A stretch of DNA of 64,000 nt, taken from the NCBI GenBank assembly GCA_040901985.1, contig JBBDYC010000009.1, forward strand, positions 60,364 through 124,363, written 5' to 3'. Below, piece after piece: positions 9,656 to 18,665 of the stretch (the stretch's first letter is position 1; every line of letters starts with the position of its first letter). Source of the DNA: Gemmatimonadaceae bacterium. Lineage in GTDB: Bacteria > Gemmatimonadota > Gemmatimonadetes > Gemmatimonadales > Gemmatimonadaceae. Under the pieces are notes generated by a model. It did not search any database. It was given only the letters and a program-made list of their open reading frames with translations, and was not told where the DNA came from. A program made the translations under genes and the position numbers.

Positions 9656-10521
9656 CGGTGTTTGCCGTCGTGCTCAACTGGGGTCGCGAGGCCGATTCGA
9701 TTGCCTGCGTGGACTCGCTCGTCGCCAATGCGTTTCCGCTGTCGCAGGTGATCCTCGTGGACAACGCGTCCCCGGACGGGAGTGGCCATCGGCTCCACGA
9801 ACGGTATCCCGACGCGCCCTACCTCCAGGCCGGGACGAATCTCGGGTATGCCGGCGGCAACAATCTCGGCGTGGCCCACGCGCTCTCGCTCGGTGCCACG
9901 TGGGTCCTCGTGCTCAACAACGACACAATTTGCGAGCCAGGGATGCTGGCGGCCCTCCTCGAGGCCGGCCACGCGGACCCGCGGTGCGCCGCGGTGGCCC
10001 CCAAGATCGTACGCGCCGACGATCCGACGATTCTCTGGAGTGATGGCGGGGACTTCAGCCCGATGCGCGCGCTCGGACGGCAGCGCGGCGGTGGCACCAC
10101 GGACATCCTCCCCGAGCAGCGTTCGCCAGCCGCGTGCTCGTTCCTCACCGGATGCTGCTTGCTGCTTCGGGCCGAGGCCATCGCCCGATATGACGAGCTC
10201 TTTCGCGCCGAGTACTTCGCCTACGTGGAGGACGCCGAGCTGGCCATTCGCCTCCAACGGGATGGGTGGCGGTTGGTCTACCAGCCGCACGCCAGGCTGC
10301 GACACAAGGTCCCTCCCACTGGTACGCTGCCACCGCCTTGGGCGCTCCAGCGCCGCGATCGCAACCGTCGGCGACTGGCGGCCGAGCACTTCGGGCCGCT
10401 CGCCTACCTGCGTTTTGCGGCCTGGTTCTACCCGACTCGCCTCCTGACAATCGCCGTCTATCTCGCGCGCGGCGACGGGGCTCGCGCCCGCGCGGTCCTC
10501 GATGGAGCTTTCGGGCGATGA
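9652..10521 (+). CDS. Glycosyltransferase family 2
   Basis: VVLNW, VDNASPDGS, NLGYAGGNNLG, LNNDT, YVEDAEL. Confidence 0.9.
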   Translation: MTVFAVVLNWGREADSIACVDSLVANAFPLSQVILVDNASPDGSGHRLHERYPDAPYLQAGTNLGYAGGNNLGVAHALSLGATWVLVLNNDTICEPGMLAALLEAGHADPRCAAVAPKIVRADDPTILWSDGGDFSPMRALGRQRGGGTTDILPEQRSPAACSFLTGCCLLLRAEAIARYDELFRAEYFAYVEDAELAIRLQRDGWRLVYQPHARLRHKVPPTGTLPPPWALQRRDRNRRRLAAEHFGPLAYLRFAAWFYPTRLLTIAVYLARGDGARARAVLDGAFGR

Positions 10522-12074
10522 GACACGCGCCGCTCCTGTTGGCCACCATAGTCCTCGCCGCGTGTGACCCCTGCGCCGGCGTCGTCGCGTGCGGGTCGGA
10601 CGGCACGACGCGGCTCACCGGTCGCGTCGTCAACTATCCCGCGCGCGACGGAGTGGTTGGCGTCCGCATCTCGGTGACACCCGTGGCGGGCGTGCCGGTC
10701 TCCACCACGACCGACGCCGACGGCCACTGGACGGTGGCCCTCCCCTCGCCCGCCGAGAACGACGGAAGGGTCAGCGTCTCGGTTGTTGCGCCGGGCGCCG
10801 CGTATACCGTGCCCAACATCAACGTGCGGACGGGCGGGCCACGCGGGGAAGCGACGAGCGTGGGCCGCTGGTTCGCGACGCCGTACGTCCGATTCGTCGG
10901 ACAACTCGTGGCCCGCCCCGGCATCAACCTCTCCGGCGCGACCGTGACCGCCGTACGCACCGGCGGCGTCGAAGGTGCGCCGCTGCCGGTGCGCGCGCAG
11001 GTCAGCACCGGCCATCAGTTCTACATTGACGCGCCCGCCATCGGGCTCGGCAGTATGGAGTTCCGCATCACCATTGAAGGCCCAAACCTCCCTCGGCCCT
11101 TCGTGCGCGAAGGGCTCGGCTTCGCCCCGCAGTTCGCCGACTCGCCGCTGCCTGGCGTGCAGGGGGTCTTCAATATCGGGAGCGCGCTGGATTACGTCGC
11201 GCGACTCGAGCGGCGGGGCGTGGACGGCCCGCTGCCGGGCGTCCCCGCGACCTTCCGGCGCACCGGCGGGATCCGGACGTTGCGCGACTCCATCGTCTCG
11301 GTGTCCACCGTTGATGGCCTGATTTCCCTCGACCTGCGCCCCCTCGAGGAAGGCGAGGTCATCGGCGACCTCATTCTCCGTCCGGCGGCTCCCCTTCCAC
11401 TGCAGGTCATCACCGGCGTGCGGCTGCAGACCCAGGACGACGACCTGCTGCGGCTGGCCCTCGTCGTGCGTCTCGGGGCGCAGGTGCGCTCGGCCATCCG
11501 GCTGTTCGAGCGCACGTCGTTCGCCCCGCTCGCCGGCGTGCAAGTCGAGTACCGTCCGACCAGTGGACCGCTCACGACGACCATCGCCGGCGTGACCGAC
11601 GCCAACGGACAATTCGGCATCGTCGCTCCCGTGGACGGCGAGGGCTTGGTGCTCGGCGACCTCGTCGTCTTCCATCTGGCGCCGCGCGCGCCCGAGGTAT
11701 TCCCCGGGATCGAGGTGACGGCGGCCGCCGACGATTCCGTCCGCCTTGCCGCCCTTCTCGGCGTCGGACCGTCGTTGCTGTACGTGGGCTCGATCGAGGA
11801 TGCCGACACCTTCCTGCCGATCACCGACGGCACCGCGGAGTTCCGGCGAACAGGTGGCATCGCGGTCCGCGACACGCTCTACACGTGGCCTATCGGCGCC
11901 GACGGCAGCTTCCGAATTGCGCCGACTCCGCTCGAGGACGGCGAGGTGATCGGCACCCTCACGTTCCGGCTGGCCGCCCCGTATGCCGATACGACGTTCA
12001 CCGACGTGCGACTCACTACGTTCACCGACGACGGGATCCGCTCCGCCGGCGTCTATCGCGTGCGCAAACCGTAA
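10518..12074 (+). CDS. Lipoprotein with tandem beta-sandwich (carboxypeptidase-regulatory-like) repeats
   Basis: Lipobox LAAC; TTTDADGHW; recurring (F/Y)R(R/P)T(G/S)G and GE/LVIGDL motifs about every 100 aa. Confidence 0.7.
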   Translation: MRHAPLLLATIVLAACDPCAGVVACGSDGTTRLTGRVVNYPARDGVVGVRISVTPVAGVPVSTTTDADGHWTVALPSPAENDGRVSVSVVAPGAAYTVPNINVRTGGPRGEATSVGRWFATPYVRFVGQLVARPGINLSGATVTAVRTGGVEGAPLPVRAQVSTGHQFYIDAPAIGLGSMEFRITIEGPNLPRPFVREGLGFAPQFADSPLPGVQGVFNIGSALDYVARLERRGVDGPLPGVPATFRRTGGIRTLRDSIVSVSTVDGLISLDLRPLEEGEVIGDLILRPAAPLPLQVITGVRLQTQDDDLLRLALVVRLGAQVRSAIRLFERTSFAPLAGVQVEYRPTSGPLTTTIAGVTDANGQFGIVAPVDGEGLVLGDLVVFHLAPRAPEVFPGIEVTAAADDSVRLAALLGVGPSLLYVGSIEDADTFLPITDGTAEFRRTGGIAVRDTLYTWPIGADGSFRIAPTPLEDGEVIGTLTFRLAAPYADTTFTDVRLTTFTDDGIRSAGVYRVRKP

Positions 12075-12089
12075 CGCGAGGTCGCGCGC

Positions 12090-13646
12090 TCAGCGCGGCG
12101 CGAGACGCAGGCTGAAGCGCACGTTGTCCTCGTTGCGCTGCCCGATGGCCAAGGGCTGGAGCCGCCGGCTCTCGAATTGATAGTTGTAGCGGCGCTCGAA
12201 GAGCAGGCTCGCCGAGACGTCAATCCGCGGGGTGCGCCGCCCGCCTCGTACGCCCGAGAAGATGGACACGTCGTGGCCGAACGGATTCGCCAGGGGCTGG
12301 CGATAGAACGCATCGTTCTCCCACCGCGTTCGGGCGACCATCACGCCGAGTGACCACTGCTCGCGCACGCGATCCACCGCCACCCATCCGTGCGTGGCGC
12401 CAGGCCCGACCGCCGCGCCCAGCAACTGCCCGCGCTGGGTGAACCCCTGTGCCGTCGCCTGACCCGTGTAGAAGTCCCGCGGCGCGCGATCCGTCGCCAC
12501 CCGGGACTGGGCAAGGTCGCTGAACTCGACCTGCGCGCGCCACGCCCCGTCGTCCCGGGGCACGGCCCACTGTGCTCCCACGGTCCAGGCCGCATCGGCG
12601 TTCGGTGCCACCAGCCACTCGCGCAGCGATGCCGGCAGCCGCTGCCACGCATACTCGCCCCAGAACTCGATCCCCTCGCCCGGGACCACCCAGCGTCCGA
12701 ATACCGAGGTCAGCTGGTCGCGCTCCGCGTCAGCGCCGTTCCAGGTCGTGAGCGGATCGAACGCGCGCGCGACGAGTCCTCCGGCACCGTCCACCGGGAC
12801 CACGATCAGTCGCGCGACCCCCACCGTCAGCCCGGGCAAGGCCGGCGGGGCCAGCGTGATCGCCAACCCGCTCGCCGCCCGCACGTCGTTGGCCGGTAGC
12901 GTGTCGAAGAACACCGACTCGGTCAGTCCGCCCACGAACCACTCCCCACGGACGTCGCCGATCGGCGTCCCAAGCGCCTCGGGCGTGCGCACGAAGAACC
13001 GCGGGATCCCCGGCGCGTTGTCGCCCAACACCAGCGCATTGCGGAGCCCCGGACCCCACCAGAGATTCCCCGCACCGATGCCGATCACCGTGCGCCCCAG
13101 CTCGACCGTGAGTTCCGACTGTCCCGGATGGATCGTCGTCACGGACGACACGCCGAATCGCAGCGGGCGGTCGAGCGGCGCCTCCGGGGTGCGCCACGGA
13201 TCGGCCCACGTGCTGCGTGCCGGATCACTCACGGTCTTCACCTCCACCGCGCGGTTCTCGCTCGCCGTCAGCTCCGGCGCGACGGTGAGGCGCAGCCGCC
13301 CCCGCGCGATCGTGACCCCGCCGCGCACGAGGAGGTTCGACCCCCGCCCCGCCCAGAGTGCCCCGTCGCCGAGTGTCGTGATCAGTCCGGAGTTCTGGAC
13401 CACGAGCGCCTCGGGGAGGAGCCAGCGCACGCCCGCTGCGGCGACCGTGGGCTCGCTGCCGCTCCGGAGCACGCCCACCGACGATCCACGGCCGAGGAGC
13501 TCGCTCAATCGCGCGCGATCTTCCTCCGCGCCTCCCAGCGAGCGCAACGTCGCGTGCGCCTGCGCCGCAAGGGGGCCCACGCCCCAGGGGAGCGTGAGCG
13601 CGGCGCACAGCAGTGCGACGGGGACCACCCGGTGAGTCCGATGCAT
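12090..13646 (-). CDS. Capsule assembly Wzi-family outer-membrane protein
   Basis: NLWWGPGLRNALVLGDNAPGIP, GFTQRGQLLGAAVGPG; signal peptide; exact start uncertain. Confidence 0.75.
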   Translation of the reverse strand: MHRTHRVVPVALLCAALTLPWGVGPLAAQAHATLRSLGGAEEDRARLSELLGRGSSVGVLRSGSEPTVAAAGVRWLLPEALVVQNSGLITTLGDGALWAGRGSNLLVRGGVTIARGRLRLTVAPELTASENRAVEVKTVSDPARSTWADPWRTPEAPLDRPLRFGVSSVTTIHPGQSELTVELGRTVIGIGAGNLWWGPGLRNALVLGDNAPGIPRFFVRTPEALGTPIGDVRGEWFVGGLTESVFFDTLPANDVRAASGLAITLAPPALPGLTVGVARLIVVPVDGAGGLVARAFDPLTTWNGADAERDQLTSVFGRWVVPGEGIEFWGEYAWQRLPASLREWLVAPNADAAWTVGAQWAVPRDDGAWRAQVEFSDLAQSRVATDRAPRDFYTGQATAQGFTQRGQLLGAAVGPGATHGWVAVDRVREQWSLGVMVARTRWENDAFYRQPLANPFGHDVSIFSGVRGGRRTPRIDVSASLLFERRYNYQFESRRLQPLAIGQRNEDNVRFSLRLAPR

Positions 13647-15242
13647 CGGTGTCGGAATCTAATGCTGCTCATCCTCCTCGCCGCCTGGGGCGCGCCGCTC
13701 CCGGCGGCCGCCCAGGAGTCCGCACGTGGTGCCCGGCGCTGGAGCGAAGCCGCCGCCGGGAGCGAGTTGGAGCGATACCTGCGCCTCGCGCAGTTGGCCG
13801 GTCTCGCGCCCCTCTCGCCCTGGTCCACCCGTGCCTTCGCCCCGCACGAACTCGACGCCCGAATCCCGCGCCACGACGCCGGGCATCCCTGGCGCGCCGA
13901 GTTCCGCACGATTCCCGATCGCGACTGGTGGATCGTTCGCCCCAACGCGCAACTCATCGTCAACACGGGACTCCCGTGGGGAAGCAACGATGGGCCGATG
14001 TGGGCCGCGAAGGGGATGACCGTGCGCCAGAGCGGCGGCGTCGCCGTCCGTCGGGGGGCGTTCGCGGCGCAGGTCGCGCCGGACTTCTGGTGGACCCAGA
14101 ACGCCGACTATGCGCTGCTCCCGGCGGTGGACGCCGCGCATCCGCACACGGACTTTGCGTCGTCGGGGATTGACCTTCCGCAACGTCACGGCAACGGGGC
14201 CGTCGGCCGACTGGACCCTGGCGAAAGCTGGGTGCGGATGGACCTGTTCGGCGTCGCGGCCGGCATTTCGACGGCGAGCGAGTGGTGGGGCCCGACCCAG
14301 GCCGCCGGACCGATCCTCAGCCCCAACGGGGGGGGCCTGCCGCGCGCCTTCGTGGGGTCCAGCGCGCCGACCGACATCTGGATCGGTCGCGCGCACGGCC
14401 GTGTCTTCGTGGGGCGCGCGATGCGCAGCGCCGTCTCCACCGACACGCTGAGCAACCGCGGCCGCCGTCTCGCGATGGGCGTCGTCGGGTCGTTCTCACC
14501 GCGCGGCGTCCCGCAACTCGAGCTGGGCTTCTCCCGCTTCTACCACCGCGCGTGGCGCAGCGGTGGGCCCAGCATCAACGACATCAGCGTCCTCTGGGAG
14601 CCGCTGTTCAAGAAGAATCTCCCCGGCAAGGACGACGCACTCGTCACCGCGCCCGACAATCAACTCGCGAGCCTCAGTGCGCGCCTCACCCTCCCCAACG
14701 CCGGCCTCGAGCTCTACACCGAGTATGCCCGCGAGGACCACGCGTTCGACAAGCTCGACCTGATCAACGAACCCGACCACGACTCGGCGATCATCTTTGG
14801 GTGGCAGAAGTTGCTGCGACGCGACGACGCCCGCTGGTGGGCCGTGCGCGCCGAGGTCGTCAACGCGCGCGTCACCCATCTCGTGCGCATTCGCCCGCAG
14901 GTGCTGTTCTACTCGCACCACCAACTGCGCGACGGCCACACCCAGCGCGGCCAGCTGCTCGGCGCGCCGATGGTGCGCGGCGGCAGCGGCGCCGAGCTGT
15001 CCGTCTCCCGGTACGACGCGCGCGGTCGCCTGTCATTCCAGTGGCAGCGGCAGGGGTTGGCCCGGTCGGCGGAGGGCGGGCTCGGCTACGGGGCGCTCCA
15101 CGCGCTCGAGGTGAGCGGGCTGCGCTACGCTCCCCGCGGCGATCTCTCGTGGCGCGCCGGCGTCGTGCAACGGGTCGGCGACATCGCCGCGCGCGACCTC
15201 ACCTCCCTGCACGCGGCCGTTGGGTGGCACTGGGCGCGTTGA
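13641..15242 (+). CDS. Capsule assembly Wzi-family outer-membrane protein
   Basis: SEWWGP, ILSPNGGGLP, DNQLAS, EYAREDH, GHTQRGQLLGAP; start 13641 or 13662. Confidence 0.75.
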   Translation: MHRCRNLMLLILLAAWGAPLPAAAQESARGARRWSEAAAGSELERYLRLAQLAGLAPLSPWSTRAFAPHELDARIPRHDAGHPWRAEFRTIPDRDWWIVRPNAQLIVNTGLPWGSNDGPMWAAKGMTVRQSGGVAVRRGAFAAQVAPDFWWTQNADYALLPAVDAAHPHTDFASSGIDLPQRHGNGAVGRLDPGESWVRMDLFGVAAGISTASEWWGPTQAAGPILSPNGGGLPRAFVGSSAPTDIWIGRAHGRVFVGRAMRSAVSTDTLSNRGRRLAMGVVGSFSPRGVPQLELGFSRFYHRAWRSGGPSINDISVLWEPLFKKNLPGKDDALVTAPDNQLASLSARLTLPNAGLELYTEYAREDHAFDKLDLINEPDHDSAIIFGWQKLLRRDDARWWAVRAEVVNARVTHLVRIRPQVLFYSHHQLRDGHTQRGQLLGAPMVRGGSGAELSVSRYDARGRLSFQWQRQGLARSAEGGLGYGALHALEVSGLRYAPRGDLSWRAGVVQRVGDIAARDLTSLHAAVGWHWAR

Positions 15243-15258
15243 CCAAGCGAGGCGCCGG

Positions 15259-16014
15259 TCAGCGCTGCTTCTCCACCACGACGTACCAGTTCTGACAGAG
15301 CGCGGGGATGAGCGCGCCCAACGTCTTGTCTAAATTGGCCAGCGCGCCGCAGGCCAGCGGACTGTCGCGGACCGCGCGCGGAAGCCGACCGAGCGAGTTT
15401 CGCGGAAACGCCGCGTACCGCCCCCGGGCAATCACTCGCACCCCGTGCGGCGCAAACAGGGCACTGACGTCGCGACTGCCGAAGCGTCGGTGGTGGACGT
15501 GGACCGGCGTTGCCCGGATGCGATTGTGGAGGCGAGCGGCGCCTTCGATCCAACTGGTCCGGTTCGGCAGATGGAACACGAAGAACCGCCCCCCGGGCCG
15601 CAGGACACGCACCACCTCGGCAACGGAGGTCTGTTCATCGCCACCCAGTTCGTGGACGTGTTCCAACACGCCCACGCTGAACACCGCGTCAAACGTGGCA
15701 TCCGCAAAGGGGAGCGACCGGGGGTCGTCCGTCACTCCCGGAACAAAGAGAAAGCGAGGGTCGGAGAGCACGAACTCGGGCGGCGGCTCGTACGAATAGC
15801 CGCACACCGATCGTCCTTGCGCGAGCAGGAAGCGCGAAAAATGGCCGTTGCCGCATCCCCAATCGAGGACGTCGCTTGCCGCGCCGAGAAACTGCGCGGT
15901 GATTTCGTAGGGGCGACGGTACTGCCCCATCGTCGCGAGCGACCGGAGCTGGAGTGGCCGGGCCTCGGGCGGCACACTCGCGAAGGTCCGGGCAAAGTCG
16001 AGGAGCGTCGTCAG
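15259..16014 (-). CDS. Class I SAM-dependent methyltransferase
   Basis: VLDWGCGNG, LPFADATFDAV, VLEHV, RVLRPGG; probable CTG start overlapping the flippase stop. Confidence 0.85.
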   Translation of the reverse strand: MTTLLDFARTFASVPPEARPLQLRSLATMGQYRRPYEITAQFLGAASDVLDWGCGNGHFSRFLLAQGRSVCGYSYEPPPEFVLSDPRFLFVPGVTDDPRSLPFADATFDAVFSVGVLEHVHELGGDEQTSVAEVVRVLRPGGRFFVFHLPNRTSWIEGAARLHNRIRATPVHVHHRRFGSRDVSALFAPHGVRVIARGRYAAFPRNSLGRLPRAVRDSPLACGALANLDKTLGALIPALCQNWYVVVEKQR

Positions 16015-17444
16015 GGCGCGGCCTTCGCGCCTGGATGATTGCCGCCGCCCACGCGCCAACCTCCGCGCACCGTTGCGTACGTGTCGCGGATCCCCGCGCG
16101 CACCCGCGCCGAGGCGAGTGGCACCAGCGCCACCAACGCCCAGCGTGGATCCCACGCACTCCCGGCGAGCGCCAGCACCAGGAACAGTCCCAGCGTGAGT
16201 TCCACGCCCTGGGAGAACGCCGGCCGTTCAGTGGCGCGCCGGAGCGCCAGGAATATCGAGATGTACGCCGGCAGCGCCATCAACTCGGCAATTCCGTAGC
16301 CCCCCACACCGATCAGCGGCACGAGCCGCCACGCGGCAAAGGCGAATAGCAACACATAGATGACATTGAACGTCAGGACCGCGGCGTTGCGGCCCATCGC
16401 AAAGAGCGCCGACGAATGGAGATTGAACATCGCGCTGGTGAGTGTTCCGGCGGCGATCAAGGGCAGGATGGTGCGCACCGCAAGCCACTCGTCCCCAAAG
16501 AGCGTTGGGATGACCCAGGGCGAGACCGTGACAAGCACCAGGAGCATCGGGCCCACGACCAGGAGTTGGAGCCGCATCCCTTCGGTGACCGCCGCGCCAA
16601 GTTTGGCCGGGGCATTCTGCAATCGCGCGAGCGTCGGCAGGGCGAGCCGCCACGCGGAGGTCTTCACAAAGCTCGCCGCCTCCACCAGCCGCACGGCAAT
16701 TGCGACGATCGCCACGCCTTCGACGCCGAGCCAGCGGCCGACGATCAGGGGGTTCACCAACTCGCGCAGCTGCAACGTCCAGACGGACACCGCGTACGAG
16801 CCGCCATACGCCAGCGTCCGCCGTGCGATGCCGCGGTCAAAGCCGAACCGAAAGGGTTGGCCGCAGGCGCGCTGCAGCCAGACGAACATCACCACCTGCT
16901 GAACCCACCAGCCAATCACCATCGCCTTCGGGCCGAACCCGCGCCACGCGAGCAGCACGCTCAGCGAGTACATCAGAATGATCCCCGCCAGCTCGGCCGC
17001 CGCCACCACGCGGTAGTCGAGCGCGCGCTCCAACGCCGCGAGGGAGACGAGCATCAGGAGCTGGAGCGGCAGGCCGGCGAGCAGGAGCATCGCGAGGGGC
17101 CTCACCCCCACCCCGCCCAGCCAGCGTTCGAGCCAGGGCAACGCCACCGCGCCGATCCCGAACGCGATGATCGCCGTCGCCATCAGGAGGGTTCGGGCGG
17201 TGGCATAGGCGGCGGGATCGTCGTCCAGGCGCCGGAGGAGATAGGCGTTGATCCCGAGTTGGGCGACGAGGAAGATGTACGCGTAGATTGCCAGCGCCGC
17301 CGCGAACTGGCCGTACCCCGCCGGGCCGAGTAGGCGGGTCAGGACTACGGTGGCACCCAGCCCGAGGACCAGACTGGCGCCTTGGCGGGCCGCGAGGATG
17401 GAGCCGCCGCGGACGGCCTGGAGTCGGAGGGTCGGGTCGGGCAT
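16011..17444 (-). CDS. Oligosaccharide flippase (WzxC-like)
   Basis: Start MPDPTLR; VLTRLLGPAGYG, IVGRWLG, LFGDEW; polytopic. Confidence 0.85.
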   Translation of the reverse strand: MPDPTLRLQAVRGGSILAARQGASLVLGLGATVVLTRLLGPAGYGQFAAALAIYAYIFLVAQLGINAYLLRRLDDDPAAYATARTLLMATAIIAFGIGAVALPWLERWLGGVGVRPLAMLLLAGLPLQLLMLVSLAALERALDYRVVAAAELAGIILMYSLSVLLAWRGFGPKAMVIGWWVQQVVMFVWLQRACGQPFRFGFDRGIARRTLAYGGSYAVSVWTLQLRELVNPLIVGRWLGVEGVAIVAIAVRLVEAASFVKTSAWRLALPTLARLQNAPAKLGAAVTEGMRLQLLVVGPMLLVLVTVSPWVIPTLFGDEWLAVRTILPLIAAGTLTSAMFNLHSSALFAMGRNAAVLTFNVIYVLLFAFAAWRLVPLIGVGGYGIAELMALPAYISIFLALRRATERPAFSQGVELTLGLFLVLALAGSAWDPRWALVALVPLASARVRAGIRDTYATVRGGWRVGGGNHPGAKAAP

Positions 17445-17562
17445 TAGGGGGAAAGGTGCGGCCCCGGCGGCGTGACATAAAGGCCTGTGAGACAGGTCAC
17501 CGGGGGTATGGCACGGATGGCGGATTGTCGAAATCCACCCCGCGGGATAACTTCCCCGTCCG

Positions 17563-18621
17563 ATGAAAGCCCACCAGCCGCCGCCCACCCTGCACAAAGC
17601 CACGGCTGTACGGCCGGCGACACTGCCCCTGGGGACCGCGACCGATCAGGGTCGCGCCGTCGTGGTCGGACTGGCGTCGGACGTGCCGCGGGCGCTGGAG
17701 CATCCGGCGGTGGGCGCGGAACGCGGGATCGAAGTGTGCGGCGTGGTCACGGTGAGCGGTGATGATTCCCGCGTGCGCACCGACGCCGATTCCCTTCACC
17801 ACCTCCTGAGCGATCACCGGGCCACGATGGTGCTTGTGGCCGGCCCGCTCGGGCCCGAGACGATGCGGGCCGTGGCGGATGTGGCGCTCGTGCACAGGTG
17901 CCGGTTGCTCGCGGTGATGCCCTCTGAGCTCGTGGCGGGGCAGGATCCAACCATTGTATGGGAAGGCGCCAGCCCGTTGGTGCAGTTGGCAGGGGCGCCG
18001 CGCTCCAGCTGGCAGTTGGCCGCAAAGCGGTTTGCGGACGCCATTGGCTCGGCGATTGGACTCGCCGTCCTCTCGCCGATCCTGCTCATCATTGGCGCCA
18101 TCATCAAGATCGAGTCGCGCGGTCCCGCCCTGTTCGCGCATTGGCGCGTGGGTCAGAACGGGCGTGGGTTTTTTTGCCTGAAGTTCCGCACGATGCGTGC
18201 GGACGCCGAGGAGATCCTGAGCGGCGATGCCGAGCTGCTGCGGCTGTATCGCGAGAACCACTTCAAGCTGCCGGATCACCTGGACCCGCGTGTGACGCCG
18301 TTCGGGCGATTGTTGCGCCGGACGTCGCTCGACGAGTTGCCTCAATTGTGGAATGTGCTGGTCGGGGAGATGAGCCTTGTGGGGCCCCGGCCGGTGGTGG
18401 AGCTGGAGCTTGAGGAGTACCGCGGGTCGGAGCGGTTGCTGTTGTCCGTTCGCCCGGGGATGACTGGCGCCTGGGCGGTGAACGGGCGGCACCACGTCGG
18501 GTATCCCGAGCGGGCCGAGCTTGAGCTCCGGTATGTTCGCGGCTGGTCGCTCCGGCGGGATGCGGCGATCCTCGCCGGAACGATTGGGGCGGTGATGGAC
18601 CCAGGGAGTGACGTGGCCTAG
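17563..18621 (+). CDS. Priming sugar-1-phosphate transferase (Bac_transf, WbaP/WcaJ/ExoY-like)
   Basis: KFRTM, DPRVTPFGRLLRRTSLDELPQLWNVLVGEMSLVGPRP, RPGMTG. Confidence 0.92.
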   Translation: MKAHQPPPTLHKATAVRPATLPLGTATDQGRAVVVGLASDVPRALEHPAVGAERGIEVCGVVTVSGDDSRVRTDADSLHHLLSDHRATMVLVAGPLGPETMRAVADVALVHRCRLLAVMPSELVAGQDPTIVWEGASPLVQLAGAPRSSWQLAAKRFADAIGSAIGLAVLSPILLIIGAIIKIESRGPALFAHWRVGQNGRGFFCLKFRTMRADAEEILSGDAELLRLYRENHFKLPDHLDPRVTPFGRLLRRTSLDELPQLWNVLVGEMSLVGPRPVVELELEEYRGSERLLLSVRPGMTGAWAVNGRHHVGYPERAELELRYVRGWSLRRDAAILAGTIGAVMDPGSDVA

Positions 18622-18665
18622 TTCCCGGTTTTACCTTGGACATCCCTTTTTTTTTGGCCAGTCGA

